Shown here in pieces: positions 48,347-61,929 of a stretch of DNA of 64,000 nucleotides. The notes below the pieces were generated by a model, which searched no databases, was not told the origin of the DNA, and saw nothing but the letters and a program-made list of their open reading frames with translations. Positions within the stretch are counted from its first letter, which is position 1, and every line of letters begins with the position of its first letter. Source of the DNA: Phyllobates terribilis (Eukaryota); assembly GCF_046119375.1 (NCBI RefSeq), contig NW_027362762.1, positions 231,322,001-231,386,000 of the forward strand, read 5' to 3'. The position numbers and the translations under genes are program-made.

Positions 48347-49232
48347 TGTAGCATGATTTCCTGGGGCAATAGGTTCTTTTCCTGTCCCTCAAGCAACAAC
48401 CCTAGTCTATCCCTGTACCCCAGATTACCTCTGAAGGTGGAGATACTGGGGTCTCAAACCTTGCTATTCTCCTAAATGCACGCTGATCTGTTTCTCCCCC
48501 ACCCAGGGAGGTATAGAAGCACATAAGATAACACAAATCTGACAGACTGGGGTAACAGACAGGGATAAAAGAAACCAAAAATCATACAAATACACTCACC
48601 AAACAACCGAGTGGAAATCAAGGGAACAGTAGGAAGGGTAAATCAAATGGGAGAGGATTAGAATAAACACACAATACCAAATCCATGCAGATATCTGCTG
48701 TTAAGTACACCAACCGACTGCTACTAATTCAGAATTCTCTTTCACCACCAAACCAGGAAGTAGCAACTATTACCAGCAATTCCCTAGTGCAACAGGTGAG
48801 CATATATACCTGAGAGGAGTGGCCAACAAAGTGTTTTATTTATTATTTAAATTATTTATTTTACTCACTTATATAGCGCCATTAATTCCACAGTGCTTTA
48901 CAGACATTATGGGCACTGTCGCCATTGGGGCTCACAATCTAAATTCCCTACCAGTATGTCTTTGGAATGTGGGAGGAAGCCAGAGAACCCAGAGGGAACC
49001 CCACGCAAACACGGGGAGAACATACAAACTCCGTGCAGATGTTGTCCTTGGTGGGATTTTAACCCAGGATCCCAGTGCTGCAAGGCTTCAGTGCTAACCA
49101 CTGAGCCACCATGCTGCCCTATAGCTGAGACAATTCAGAACAGAGAGCTCCAGGAGATAGAAAGAACTGATTTATCCTTGCAATAACAGAGCAAGGAAAA
49201 CAAATACTGCTAATTGGAAGGTAAAGCAGATC
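48347..49232 (-). mobile_element. LTR-like remnant (probably sushi-type) carrying the SINE
   Basis: Begins TGTAG. The AG-rich plus strand resembles the complement of the CT-rich sushi LTR. Ends unclear. Confidence 0.3.
48835..49119 (-). mobile_element. tRNA-derived V-SINE-like element with (AATA)n tail
   Basis: Minus: GGGCAGCATGGTGGCTCAGTGGTTAGCACTGAAGCC (A box)..GGGTTAAAATCCC (B box), core GAGTTTGTATGTTCTCCCCGTGTTTGCGTGGGG, and tail GCGCTATATAAGTGAGTAAAATAAATAA. Confidence 0.9.
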
Positions 49233-49234
49233 TA

Positions 49235-50833
49235 CAGTGGGTATGGAAAGTATTCAGACCCCTTTAAATTTTTCACTCTTTGTTTCATTGCAGCCATTTG
49301 GTAAATTCTAAAAAGTTCGCTTTATTCTCATTAAAGTACACTCCATCTTGACTGGAAAAAAACAGAAATGTAGAAATTTTTGCAAATTTATTAGAAAAGA
49401 AGAACTGAAATATCACATGGTCATAAGTATTCAGACCCTTTGCTCAGTGTTGACTAGTACAGCCATGAGTCTTCTTGGGAATGATGCAACATGTTTTTCA
49501 CACCTGGATTTGGGGATCCTCTGCCATTCTTCCTTACTGATCTTCTTCAGTTCCGTCAGGTTGGATGGTGAACGTTGGTGGACAGTAATTTTCAGGTCTC
49601 TCCAGAGATGCTCAATTGGGTTTAGGTCAGGACTCTGGCTGGGCCAGTCAAGAATGGTCACAGAGTTGTTCTGAAGCCACTCCTTTGTTATTTTAGCTGT
49701 GTGCTTAGGGTCATTGTCCTGTTGGAAGGTGAGCCTTCGGCCAAGTTTGAGGACCAGAGCACTTTGGTGAGGTTTTCATCTAGGATATCTCTGTACTTTG
49801 CCGCATTCATGTTTACTTCAATTGCAACCAGTCGTCCTGTCCCTGTAGCTGAAAAACACCCCCATAGCATGATGCTGCCACCACCATGTTTCACTGTTGG
49901 GATTGTATTGGGCAGGTGATGAGCAGTGCCTGATTTTCTCCACACATACCGCTTAGAATTATCACCAAAAAGTTCTATCTTCATCTCATCAGACCAGAGA
50001 ATCTTATTTCTCATAGTCTGGGAGTCCTTAATGTAATTTTGAGCAAACTCTATGTGGGCTTTCATATGTCTTGCACTGAAGAGTTGCTTCCATCGGGCCA
50101 CTCTGCCATAAAGGTCTGACTGGTGGAGGGCTGCAGTGATAGTTGACTTTGTGGAACTTTCTCCCATCTTCCTACTGCCTCTCTGGAGCTCAGCCACAGT
50201 GATCTTATTTACCTCTCTCACCAAGGCTCTTCTCCCACAATTGCTCAGTTTGGCTGGACGGCCAGGTCTAGGAAGACTTCTGGTGGTCCCAAACTTCTTC
50301 CATTTAAGGATTATGGAGTCCACTGTGCTCTTAGGAATTTTGAGTACTGCAGAAATTCTTTTGTAACCTTGGCCAGATCTGTAACTTGTCACAATTCTGT
50401 CTCTGAGCTCCATGGGCAGTTCCTTTGAGCTCATGATTCTCATTTGGTCTGACACGCACTGTGAGCTGTGAGGTCTTATATAGACAGGTGTGTGCCTTTC
50501 CAAATCAAGTCCTATCAGTTTAATTAAACACACCTGTACTCCAATGAAGGAGTAGAACCATCTCAGCAAGGATCACAAGGAAATTGACAACATGTGACTT
50601 AAATATAAGTGTCTGAGTAAAGGGTCTGAATACTTATGACCATGTGATATTTCAGTTTTTCTTTTTAATAAATTTGTAAAGATTTCTACATTTCTGTTTT
50701 TTTTTCAGTCAAGACGGGGTGCAGAGTGTACTTTAATGAGAAAAAAAATGAACTTTTTAGAATTTACCAAATGGCTGCAATGAAACAAAGAGTGAAAAAT
50801 TTAAAGGGGTCTGAATACTTTCCGTACCCACTG
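49235..50833 (-). mobile_element. Tc1 transposon of IR/DR (Sleeping Beauty/Frog Prince-like) type, full length, transposase frameshifted
   Basis: TA TSDs. About 200-bp TIRs with AGTATTCAGACCC direct repeats (near 49248 and 49427, mirrored near 50622 and 50808). Peptides [46 protein letters not shown]. Confidence 0.95.
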
Positions 50834-52010
50834 TAATACATGCAGGGGTTTGTGGAACCAGACACCGCAATTTTCTGACACCCTTCAAGGGATGCCTTTC
50901 ACGATTTTTGATCAAAATTATGATAACTAAGTAGCTTATATTATTGTCATGCACTATTGCTATTTATTAATTTACTGCAGGTATTTGCTTATTTTGTTTT
51001 TATTTTAGGTTTTGTCTGTTTAGAGGCCAGTGTGAGCATACGCCTACACGCTGCATGCATGCCATCTTATATTCCAGTTCATCTCTTTAGGTTTTTGCAT
51101 GATGTGTAACATGCCTATCTGTCTCCAGATAATTTCTAACATGGCTACATGACTAGATGAAATTGGCTTTCTATTATTTTTTTCTATTTTTTCATCAGGT
51201 TTCCGCACCATCCTTTATTTGCTACATTTTCCTCTTTATTTGATGCACTTTTGGTGCAGATTTGATGCTGCATTTTAATGTATTTCTTTTGTACAGAAAA
51301 GCTTTGTTTTTTAACTAAAACATGAAACTGTATTTTTTACATGAGTTATTTTGGCGCTCAAAAAAAAATGTTGAGTGTTAAGCCTCTTTAAGCACAAAGT
51401 GGTCATGAGTTTCCACTTCCACTTTGCCTGGAGAGTAACATGCAGATACTTTTCTAACTAGAAAACGCAGTGGAAAAACACAGCAATTACACTAGGAACA
51501 TCAATTTTTTGCCTTTGGAGATACCACTTTAACGGTATTGGCACACAATCACTTTTTCAGGTGAATTCTGCCTGAAATCTGCAAAGAAAAAGCATTGCAG
51601 AACCACTGCAAAAAATGAACATAGTGAACACAATGTACAAACGACAATGCTATGCACATGTTCAGCATTTTGCAACTTCTTTTAACCGCTCCAGGATTCA
51701 GACAGCATGAAGCTGTTAAAATAAGTATCTTTGGGTGGCTTTCACTAGGAAGCTGCCCACCACTTTAGTGTTAAAGTACAGAGAAAAGACTCCGGTGGTG
51801 GAGATGTTGAAAAAAAGATTGCAATACCGCCAGCAAAGTTGCTTCAGGAAAACGACTGCCAGTGATTATCAGAAGGGGATAGAAAAACTAGGCAAGGGCT
51901 TCGGCGTCTTATAGACATCGTCTTGTAGACATCGTGTGCACATACCCTAACTCTACTTTTTAAACTCATTACATTTTTAGGAAGACTAAACATCTACTTG
52001 GCTGAACTGT

Positions 52011-52014
<4 letters not shown>

Positions 52015-52047
<33 letters not shown>
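52015..52047. repeat. (AAT)11 microsatellite
   Basis: Read directly. Confidence 0.95.
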
Positions 52048-52049
<2 letters not shown>

Positions 52050-53078
52050 ATATGTATATATATATTTAGTTGACAATTCAGGAAAGAAAAGTATTGTTAG
52101 GTTGGGTAACTATGACCAAACACATGATATATAAAAAAAAACAGTATATACAGTATTATCAAAACTAATGGCTTTTTTTCCTTTACCTGATTTGCTTCAG
52201 TATCTTATATCCAAGAGAATGGTAAGTATTTTAGTGAGAGCAATGTTATCTGATTACGAAACAAGATTAAAGCAATATCTTGGATTGAATTATACTTTTG
52301 TGAACATGCACTATAGTACATAAATATTAAACATGATATATTTTTTTTGTAAAATGCAATGCTTTTTGTTGTATTTTATAAAGAAATTATTGGAAAAATA
52401 ATTATGTACCAAATCCTTATACGTTTACCATCTATTCAAAGGTGCACTTATGTTCTCGATATCCATTGATGTATTCAATCAAGGAAAATTCCATTGTTCT
52501 CAAATGTTGCAATCATAATTTCCTGTCATATTCTGTTCTTAAGTACTGTAAATGTACTTTTTCACTGGGATCTCTGGCTTTGTCAATAATATTCATATAT
52601 CCCTGAATTAAAAAAATGTTAAGTGTTTTGTGTAAAGTAAATTCAAGAAACTATGGATTCACTGAAAGCAAGATCCTGACTTTTGGGAATTATATAAAAT
52701 ATGTGCAGTAAGTAAATCTAAGATAGTACAATTTTGGCAAAACTAAATGCATCTTCTGGTCAAAGTCAGAAGTTTCCAGTAAGTTTAATATTTTATAACA
52801 TAAAACTGGAAGTTTAGATCTACAATTAATACGAAATACTGTTCCATTGTAACTATAGTTAGGGACATAATATCCAATAAATTGTCATAGCTGTTCCTAT
52901 CCTAATGTTCTCATTTTTGGCTGGCTTGAAAAAACTGTATTTACTTTTGGCAGAGGAAATGTCATTAATGTAGAAAGTTAGAAACCAAGGATCTCCATTG
53001 TACATATAAGTGTGTAAACCACTACAGTGTATTGCACAATTTTATAAACAAATACACCGATATGCATACATATATATA

Positions 53079-54200
53079 CAGTGGCATGTAAAAGTTTGGG
53101 CACCCCTAGTCAAAATTACTGTTATTGTGAACAGTTAAACAAGTTGAAGATGAAATTCTCTCTAAAAGACCTAAAGTTAAAGATCACACATTCCCTTTGT
53201 ATTTTAGGCAAAAAATATATCTATTTTCATATATTATCTTTTAAAAATTACAAAAAGGAAAATGAGCTAATGCAAAAGTTTGGGCACCCTTGGAGATTAG
53301 TGCACTCAGATAACTTTGATTGAGTCTTCAGAACTTAATTAGCCTGTTAGGGATATGACTTGTTCACTATCATCGTTAGGAAAGGTCCGGTGATACATAC
53401 TTCCTAATTCTATAAAAACTTAGCCTCCTCTAACTTTGTGCCAAAAAATGGCAGCCATGGGTTCTTCTAAGGAGCTGCCTACCACTCTGAAAATGAAAGT
53501 GGTGGAGGCCCACAAAGCAGGAGAAAGGTATAAGAAGATAGCAAAGCATTTTAAAGTTGCCCTTTTCTCAGTTTAAAATGCAATTAAGAATTTGCAGTTA
53601 ACAGGAACAGTGGAGGCCAAGATAAGGTCTGGAAGACCAAGCAAAACTTCAGTGAGAGCTGCTTGTAGGATTGATACAGAGGCAAATCAGAACCTTGCTT
53701 AACTACAAAAGACCTTCAGAAAGATTTAGCAGATTCTGGAGTTGTGGTACATTAATATATTGTAAATAGAGACACCTGCACAAATATGGCCTACATGGAA
53801 GAGTCATCAGAAGAAAACCTCTCCTGCGCCCTCACCATAAAATTCAGCTTCAGAAGTATGCAAAAGAACATCTAAACAAGCCTGATGTTTTTTGGAAATA
53901 ATTCTTCTGGACTGATGAAGTTAAAATAGAACTCTTTGGCAGCAATGATCAAAAAAGTATCTGTAGAGAAAAAAGGGCACAGAATTTCAGGAAGAGAACA
54001 TCTCACCAACCATTAAGCACGGGGGTGGATGAATTATGTTTGGGGCTGTGTTTAAGCCAATGGCATGGGGAACATTTCATGGGTAGAGGCAAGAATGTAT
54101 TCAATTAAATTTCAACAAATTCTTCATGCAAACATAGCACAATCTGTAAAAAAGCTGAAGTTGAAAAGAGGATTACTTCTACAAATGGATAATGAACACA
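53079..54200 (+). mobile_element. Tc1 transposon, 5' two-thirds, decayed; interrupted by later insertions
   Basis: TA|CAGTGGCATGTAAAAGTTTGGGCACCC with an inner DR near 53276. MGSSKELPTTLKMKVVEAHKAG from 53457, WTDEVKIELFG, and it ends at LQMDNEH. Confidence 0.9.
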
Positions 54201-56371
54201 GCCGGGCCAGCGGACGAGAGCACCCACTGACCCCCATGTCTCCACAAGGGGTCTGCAGGGTCATCATGCCATATGCAAAAGGGCTGTTGGGCCATCATAC
54301 TATATATAGGGATCTGTGGGATCATCATTAGTGATGAGCGAGCGCTAAAATGCTCGGGTACTCGTTGCTCGGGTCGAGCACATTGGAGTACTCGGGTGCT
54401 CGACCAGAGCAACGAGCCCAATGCAAGTATATGGGAAACATGAGCATTTTTCAGGCGGCTCCCCTCGGCGGTTTGCAAAGGGCCTAAAAATTGCCCAAAT
54501 CGATGGGAACAGTGCTCAAATGACATGGGAACATCATGGGGAAGAACCTGGAAGCATCTCTGACTCCCAGATCACTGCTGTCAACAACGTTGTCAGAGTA
54601 TTACGCCACTTTTACGGACTCACAATAAAACATACAAAAACAAAAGCAAAATGGATTTTCCTGGAAATATGTTAAGGAACATGCTTTCCAGGGTAATGAC
54701 TTGTATATAGGGCAAAATAAAGAGCCAAAAACAAAAATACTCCTCCACACCTTGGGCTATGTTCACACGTAGCGTTTTTGATGCGTTTTTGCACTTTTGC
54801 ATTGCTTTCAACCAAGACAAATGCATTCACCAGGAAATGTCATTTTAACATTTTACAACCTTATCTTGCCATGTGGTGTGTGACACATCATCAGACACAT
54901 GAATACAGTGCTGAAAATACATGGGAACAGCATGGGGAATACTTCTGGAAGCATCTCTGTGTCCCAGGACACTGCCTAAAAGTGTGACCATCATAAGTGA
55001 TCCTTAGCGCATGTGACTCGCCCCCTGGGCAGTGGGGCACCCGGAACTGGGCTTCTATGCGATGCTGGGGGTTGTAGTGGCAACCCAATCCCGTGGCTCT
55101 GGGTGGTCAGACCAAATTGTGGCAGTCTATTTATCAGTGTTTTGAATGTCCGACTACGCCACCCGTGGATTGCGGTCAGGGATGACCGCCGCTGCAAGGC
55201 AGACCACTGAGGCTGATGTTGGTGTGCAGCACAGGGGTAGGACAACTCCCCATGGGAAGAGTGTAGCCTCAGGGCAGTGTAGGTGAATGCTGGGGGTGAT
55301 AGTTCAGGCCGCAATAGTAAGTGTTCAGAGTCCGCTTCAAACAGTCCAGGGTCTTTATTGCAGATGTTATTACTGACCCAACAGGAGTACTGGTTAGGAG
55401 TGGGCCTGGGTATCTGAGAGCATTCAGACGAGCCCCACTGGTCGGGGTGAGTGTGTAGGCCTACAGTTCTCTCTATGCTCTTTCTGACTATCCCCCTCTT
55501 CGTGGTGTAATAGCCCACGTCCCTGAGCTGGCCGTGTACTTTGCCTGTATGGCTTGTGACTCGGGCCTTAGGTACCTTTTGCTTTCTCCTGCTGTACTGA
55601 TCTCTCTGTGTGGCAGAGACTCCAGGTTTCTTAGGCCAACGGACCTGAAATGCCTCACGGGTTGGTTCTCTGCTGCTGGGCTTGCAACCCTGACAGCCTC
55701 GGACCCCAATGTCCGGTGGTGATTCTCTCAGCCAGGACCGGCTCTCGTCGCCTCTGTCCATGGCTCGCAGTCTCTCCTCTGCCTCATGGACTCCTCAGCT
55801 GCGGCTGACCTGTCCCTTCCTCTAAGGAACCCTTCTGGACACTTCAGAAGTGGGTTCTGGTCTCTCTAACCCTGCCCCAGTTCCTGCTTTTATAGGGGCT
55901 GCCTGCTCCCCCTACTTGCCTGGGACAGGAGGTGCTGCATGCTAATGGTCCCTGACCAGGGATCCTCCCTCCTCCTCTCAGACACAGCCTTTAATATTTT
56001 TGGCATCCAGGCCTGGGGTGACACATTCCCCCCTAGAAAAATTTAGTACTCCGAGTCTAAACAGGAAACACAAATACAGGGTGTAAACAATAACATAACA
56101 TATATTCAAGCACATTTTGTCCTTAAGGTCACGGCGCTTCCGTGACCGGGTGTCCATATCACCCAACAAGGTGAAGTGTTCCACAGTGTGGGGACCTGTC
56201 CCTATAAACCCCAAGTTCCTGGCCTTCAGCGTGACGACAAGGCCGAGCTAGCTACTTTAGGCCACAAGGGGGCCACGCCGGACAGGTTTTTCTTCTGTGG
56301 CCATCTTCACAAGAGGGCACCAAGTGCAACTATCTACATGGTAGTTCCGGCCATTCAGTGTCCATGACCCC

Positions 56372-59300
56372 TCAGTCCATAGAACTAGAAAAACTGGAGA
56401 AAACACTATTAGTTATCAGGTAACAACCATAAAACATTAAATATTTACCGGTAAATGTAGACTTTGTACTTAGATCTTCCAGCGAGCTGGTACTTGACCC
56501 TCTAGTGCTCCCGGTTGACCTGCGTAACCCACTGTCTGGTGGTGGTCTAACCTGGCTTTCCCCACTAGCATTTAGGGTACAGCTACTAGCTGGGTTTACA
56601 GGCAGGGCAGGCAGCTGTCTGCGTGTCCTTTGGCTTACCGCAGGCATGGCAGGCTCACTGTCAGCAGAGGGTTGACTCTCCTGGGCTGCTGGCATGGGTT
56701 CTTCTGCCTCCGGGGCTGCTTTTTCTTCTTGTTCTTCCTGCTCTCCTGTAGGCTCCTGCTGGGGAGGTTGAAGGAAGTGTAGGACGGGTACCACTACGGC
56801 ATCATTTATCCGAGTCCAGGACCGGGCGAGCTCTCCGAGAACGGTGCTGACCATTTCTTCCATGTCCACTGTGGCCTCAAGGTAATCTTGATCTTCACTT
56901 AGACTCTGCAGTTGCTCGGGGCACCGTTTTAGGTGGTCTCTGGAGACAGTGCTAGTGGTTTCTCCTCCTTCCTTGGTAATTACACATACCTTCAGGTTAT
57001 CATGGTTGTACGGCAGCACTGTGTACGGGTCACTCTCCCACTGGTCATCTAGCTTGTGAAGCCTTCTCTTCCACTTCAGGACCTGCTCACCAGGTTCCAG
57101 GAGACCAGCAGGGGCGTGTTGGTTGAAAAGCCTCTCTTGTTTTTCTCTCGCTTAAGCCAGACTCCTCTCCACACTCTCCTGTACCTTCTTGTACTGTAGC
57201 CGCCGTTCCGTATCCCAGTCCGCATCTGGGGAGGTGTCCTCGGGTGTCAGGACTCCCATCTCCAGGTCCATAGGCAGCTTACCTGGTCTTGCTCGCATCA
57301 GGTAAGCCAGGGTGCAGTTGGTAGCATTTACCGGGATATGGTTGTACAAGTCTATCAGGTCTGGCAGTTCTCCGGCCACAGGCTGCGTTCTTCCAGGGGC
57401 AATGTCTTGAGGAGATCAATGACGATATCATTCATTTTCTCACACAGCCCGTTGGTTTGCGGGTGGTAAGGCATTGTCCGAATCTTCCTACAGCCATAGA
57501 GGTTGCAGAACTCCTGGAAGTCTTCCGCCTCAAACGCTGGACCTTGATCTGTCAAGACCTGTTCCGGATACCCGTGTGGATGGCAGAAGTGTTGTTGGAA
57601 AGCTCTGGCCACCGTTTGGGCTGTCAAGTCTTTAACCGGGACCACCACAAAGAACCGGGAGTAATGGTCCACAATCGTGAAGGCATAGATGTAGCCGGAC
57701 CGGCTTGGAGCCAACTTCACATGGTCCAGAGCTACCAGCTCAAGAGGCTGCCTGGTGACGATGGGCCTCAATGGTGTCTTCTGGCTGGTACGGTCGTTCC
57801 TTCTGAGGTGACATGGGCCGCAGTCCCTGCACCACTTCTCTATGGCCCCTCTCATACCAATCCAGTAGAACCGCTCTCTCAGTAGGAACTCCAGTTTCTT
57901 CCACCCGAAGTGTCCCGCTCTGTCATGGTAGGCCTCCAGGACCATTGCTGCATCCCATCTCGGGACCACTACCTGCCAGGTAAGCTCGTGCGTCCGGTGG
58001 TTGACAAGCCTTCTGCACAGCTTACCTTCGTAGAGGAATAGCCTGCTTTTCTCCTTCCATAACTGCTTGGCTTCCTCTGGAGCATCCGGGCCAGGGCTAG
58101 CGTCTGCCTGGGTCAACAGGTCTTTCACCAGGTGAACTGCAGGGTCACTATCTTGCGTTTCAGCCCAGCCGTGGTGGGGTAAGGGGTTGAACATGACGGT
58201 GGTTAGGTCTTTGTCTCTTACCCGGTGAGAATACTGAGTGGCCCCATACCGGTGGAACGCAGTTAGCTCTACTTCCTCCAGCTCATCCGAGTCTTCTTCT
58301 CCTTTGGGTAGGTGGGGCATTCTTGATAGAGCGTCTGCATTGGCGTTGGTTCTGCCTGCCTGTTATTTGATTGTGAAGTCATAATTTTATAGCCGAGCCA
58401 TCCACCGCTGTTCTAGGGCACCTAGTCTTGCATTGTACAGGTGTGTCAACGGGTTGTTGTCCGTGTACACAGTGAACTTTGCGGAGGCCAGGTAATGTTT
58501 AAACCATTCTGTGACGGCCCACACCACTGCCAAGAATTCTAGCTTGAAGGAGCAGTAATTCTCCGGGTTCCTTTCAGTGGGCCTCAGCTTCCGGCTGGCG
58601 TACGCGATCACCCTTTCTCTGCCCTGTTGGTTTTGGGACAGTACGGCTCCTAGCCCCACATTACTGGCGTCTGTGTGGAGGATAACAGGCTGGCCATAAT
58701 CGGGGTAGGCCAGGATCTCATCCCCCGTGAGGGCCATTTTCAACTAGCCGAAGGACTCCTCTTCCGGCTTGTCCCACTTGAAGGGTGGCTTGTGACTTCT
58801 GGATTTAGACTGACCTATCAGGAGGTCCTGCATTGGAGCTGCCATCTTAGTGAACCCGCGGATGAACCTTCGGTAGTAGCCTACCAACCCGAGGAATTGC
58901 CTCACTTCTTTGATGTTAGAGGGGCTTGGCCAGCTCTTGATGGCTGTAACCTTGTCGGGTTTGGGGGCTACTCCCTCAGCACTCACCACGTACCCTAGGT
59001 ACTGTACTTTCGGTTTTAACAGGTGACACTTTAAGGGCTTCACTTTCAGGCCATAGCCTGCCAGGGCTTCGAACACCTCGGCCAGGTGCTTTAGATGGTC
59101 CTCGTAAGTCTTTGAATAGACAATCACGTCGTCCAGGTAAAGTACGACCGTCTCGAAGTTTCGGTGCCCTAGACAGCATTCCATCAGCCTCTGGAAGGTC
59201 CCAGGTGCATTGCAGAGCCCGAATGGCATACAGTTGAATTCACTCAATCCCATCGGGGTGGTGAAGGCGGTCTTCTCCTTGTCAGCCTCTGCCACAGGAA

Positions 59301-60673
59301 CCAGCCAGTACCCCCTAGTAAGGTCCAAAGTAGAGAAGAAATTAGCTGATTTTAGTGCGGCTAAAGACTCCTCTATCCTAGGTAACGGGTACGCGTCTTT
59401 ATGGGTGATACGATTGATTTGCCTATAGTCCACGCACATTCTCAAGGTACCATCTTTCTTTTTTACCAGAATCAAGGGGGCTGCCTAGGGGCTACAGCTG
59501 TCTCTAATGACCCCGGCTTCTTTCATTTCTCTCAGCATGCCCTTTGCGTTCTGATAGTGTGCAGGGGGTACAGGTCTGTATCTCTCTTTTATTGGTGGGT
59601 GGCTCCCCGTGGGGATGTGGTGTTCTACCCCTTTCACCCTGCCGAAGTCTAGCGTGTGCTTACTAAAGTTTCTCTCGTACTCCTGAACCACTGGGTAGAC
59701 TCCTTGTTTTTGGTGCGAGGGAGTGGAGTCAGCCCCCACATGGAGTTTCTGGCACCAGTCCTCCTTGTGCTTCTGGCAGCCATTATTCTCCACCGGTGGA
59801 GATGGAGGCAAGTGATCCACGACCCTGAGAGCATTGTGTTCGACCGCAAACAATTTGGCTAATGTAGCGTACCGGGGCAAGTGTACTTCCCTTTCCCCAA
59901 TGTTTAAGATCCAGACAGGCACCCTTCCATGGTGGACATCAACCACCCCCCGGGCTGTCAAAATGGTGGGCCTGCTGTCTGAGTACACAGGTAGTACCAT
60001 GGCTTGGTAGTCTCTCCCTCTTAACCCGATTGCAGTCCGACACCAGATCATCATTTCACTTTTGGGAGGCATGGCAATGGGGAACGGGTCGCTCATCCTC
60101 ACGCTACCGATCTCACCACCAGACAGTTCTACCTGTTGCCGTCTGATCAGTGCTTTTATCTCTTTCTGGAGGACCCTCTGTTGGCTGGAGCTCGCAGTCA
60201 TCGCCACCTGCTGCAAAATTACAATCACTTCTGAAAGACAATTTTCAATCACGTTAGTACCCAAGGTTATTTTAGGGTGACTTTCTCGACGGTCAATGTC
60301 CACAATGATCACTCCCTTCAACTTTACCAATCTTAATGCTCATCTCTCTGAACCCCACCTGAGGCACGGACTGGCCATTGCTGGCGATGACACTCAAGTC
60401 ACTGTCTGGATAGCGGGTTATATCAGTGTCACTCCGGTACTGCTTGAAAAGTACATAGGGGATGGTAGTCACTTGGGATCCAGTGTCCAGCAGTGCACTC
60501 ATGGGGATACCGTCCAGCACTACGGGTAAAACCGGGCGTCCCCCTTCGTACTTATCACTGCAAGTAGAAGGGCCTGGTGACCTTATGCCTGGTGGTTGAC
60601 CTTCTGCCCCAGGTCGGACCCATTTAAAGTACAGTATTTGGCTACGTGTCCCGGCTGGCTGCAACGGCGGCAA
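56372..60673 (-). pseudogene. Gypsy pol: protease, RT, RNase H, integrase and C-terminal extension, with several stops and frameshifts
   Basis: ALLDTGSQVTTI, LRMCVDYRQIN, YLDDVIV, HTDASNVGLGAVL, YHDRAGHFG..WCRDCGPC (HHCC), VALDHV, LTDQGPAFE, YHPQTNGLCEKMN. Confidence 0.95.
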
Positions 60674-61575
60674 ATCGGCTGTCCATCCTCAGTGTGCCGA
60701 TCGGCGGGCCTCCCTCTGAACGACGGGAACCTCCTCCATCGACGCCACGGGACATCCTCCGGACTGGAAGCCAGCTTGATTGGTCCTGACAGGTCCATCT
60801 GTAACGACTGTACGGTCCTGGTCAATGCAGCAACACTCTTTGTTAGTTCCTGGACCTGATGGTGCTGGTTTGCAAGCGGGGATGGGTTTAGGGCCTGCGC
60901 ATCAGCCCCCACAAGGTCTGCAGGGTAGGGCGCTGCCTCCTGGTGGTAAGTAATGGCAGGGCACCGGGAAACTGCAGCGCCACCTGGTGCGGGTTCTCCG
61001 AGCACCCGGATGGCCCTATCTTTGAACTGTGCAAAAGTCAAATCGGGGTTCTGTTGGGCCATGAGGCGCAGCTGGGTTCTGTGGATGCTGGACAGCAGAC
61101 CTTCTATGAACTGATGAGTCAACAGTTTATCGGTATCCTGCACACTGCCAGGGTCAGCTTGTTTGATTACTCCCAGAGCTTCTTGCAGGTTTAAGGCATA
61201 GTCTCTGATACTATCTTGGGCTCGCTGCTTACAGCCATAGAACCGCATTTTGATCTCTGCTGAGGTACGGGTGTCAAAGGTACCCCGCAGCCGGGTCAGA
61301 ATGTCCTTTACAGTCCTTTCCTCCTCATCTGACCATGATTTCACTTCCTGCTGGGTTTCACCGGTTAGCTGCCCCGTCAGAATGCTTACTTTCTGTTCTT
61401 CTGTCAGGGGATAAACTTTAAATAAACTGTGCAGTCTTTCCTTAAAGTCAGTTAATGTATGGGATTCCCCTGAGTATTGGGGCAGCCAGGCTGCTCCGGG
61501 GATGTAGGGCATGGAGAACGGCATCACCGCTGCTGCAGCCACGCTGGTGGTAGAAGGTCCCTCCGCGTCCGACAT
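60583..61575 (-). CDS. gag: Gypsy Gag (330 aa, PNMA-like capsid region + CCHC knuckle), open
   Basis: Uninterrupted ATG-to-stop ORF downstream of the PBS; CRRCSQPGHVAKYC. Confidence 0.9.
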   Translation of the reverse strand: MSDAEGPSTTSVAAAAVMPFSMPYIPGAAWLPQYSGESHTLTDFKERLHSLFKVYPLTEEQKVSILTGQLTGETQQEVKSWSDEEERTVKDILTRLRGTFDTRTSAEIKMRFYGCKQRAQDSIRDYALNLQEALGVIKQADPGSVQDTDKLLTHQFIEGLLSSIHRTQLRLMAQQNPDLTFAQFKDRAIRVLGEPAPGGAAVSRCPAITYHQEAAPYPADLVGADAQALNPSPLANQHHQVQELTKSVAALTRTVQSLQMDLSGPIKLASSPEDVPWRRWRRFPSFRGRPADRHTEDGQPICRRCSQPGHVAKYCTLNGSDLGQKVNHQA

Positions 61576-61910
61576 CTTCCTCCCCCCTAGTTAACCGTGG
61601 CCTACCTACCGGTGATCCTCTTCTGTAGGCCTCGGCTCCGCTCACGATGCTCTGGGCGAGGACCTTGCATCGCTCGGTGATGACATCGGCGTCCGCTGGA
61701 TCTCCTTCCAGGACCTTGCGCAGCGTCTCAGCAAAGGGCGGAGCTTCAGGTCTCGCGCGGTTATGATGTCCACGCCCCTATTCTTCCCGCGTGGCATCCC
61801 GAAGATGGCACCCGATGGCAGGAAACGGCTCCGAATGGCGGGAAACTTCACTCAGGTAAGTATAAAGTCTTTTTCAGGCACGCAATACCCGTTTGTGGCG
61901 GGTTGGTCAC

Positions 61911-61929
61911 AATCCTGCCGACTACGCCA
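61911..61929 (-). promoter_or_regulatory. Primer-binding site complementary to the tRNA-Ser 3' end
   Basis: Plus strand AATCCTGCCGACTACGCCA equals the vertebrate tRNA-Ser 3' end including CCA, adjacent to the 5' LTR. Confidence 0.92.

Noticed and set aside
52384-52440. Possible exon following the microexon
   Set aside because: Phase 0 stops after KLLEK, phase 2 creates TGA, and the donor GTGCAC is weak. I could not build a consistent gene model.
54991-55761. 256-aa ORF in the Gypsy LTR (also 61922-62464, and the LTR-derived part of 23830-24372)
   Set aside because: GC-rich LTR sequence with no domain, and the frame is not preserved between LTR copies.
59700-60150. Region between protease and RT as a possible extra domain (dUTPase-like)
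   Set aside because: I cannot see the conserved dUTPase motifs; a similar spacer is common in vertebrate Gypsy pol. A profile search would be needed.
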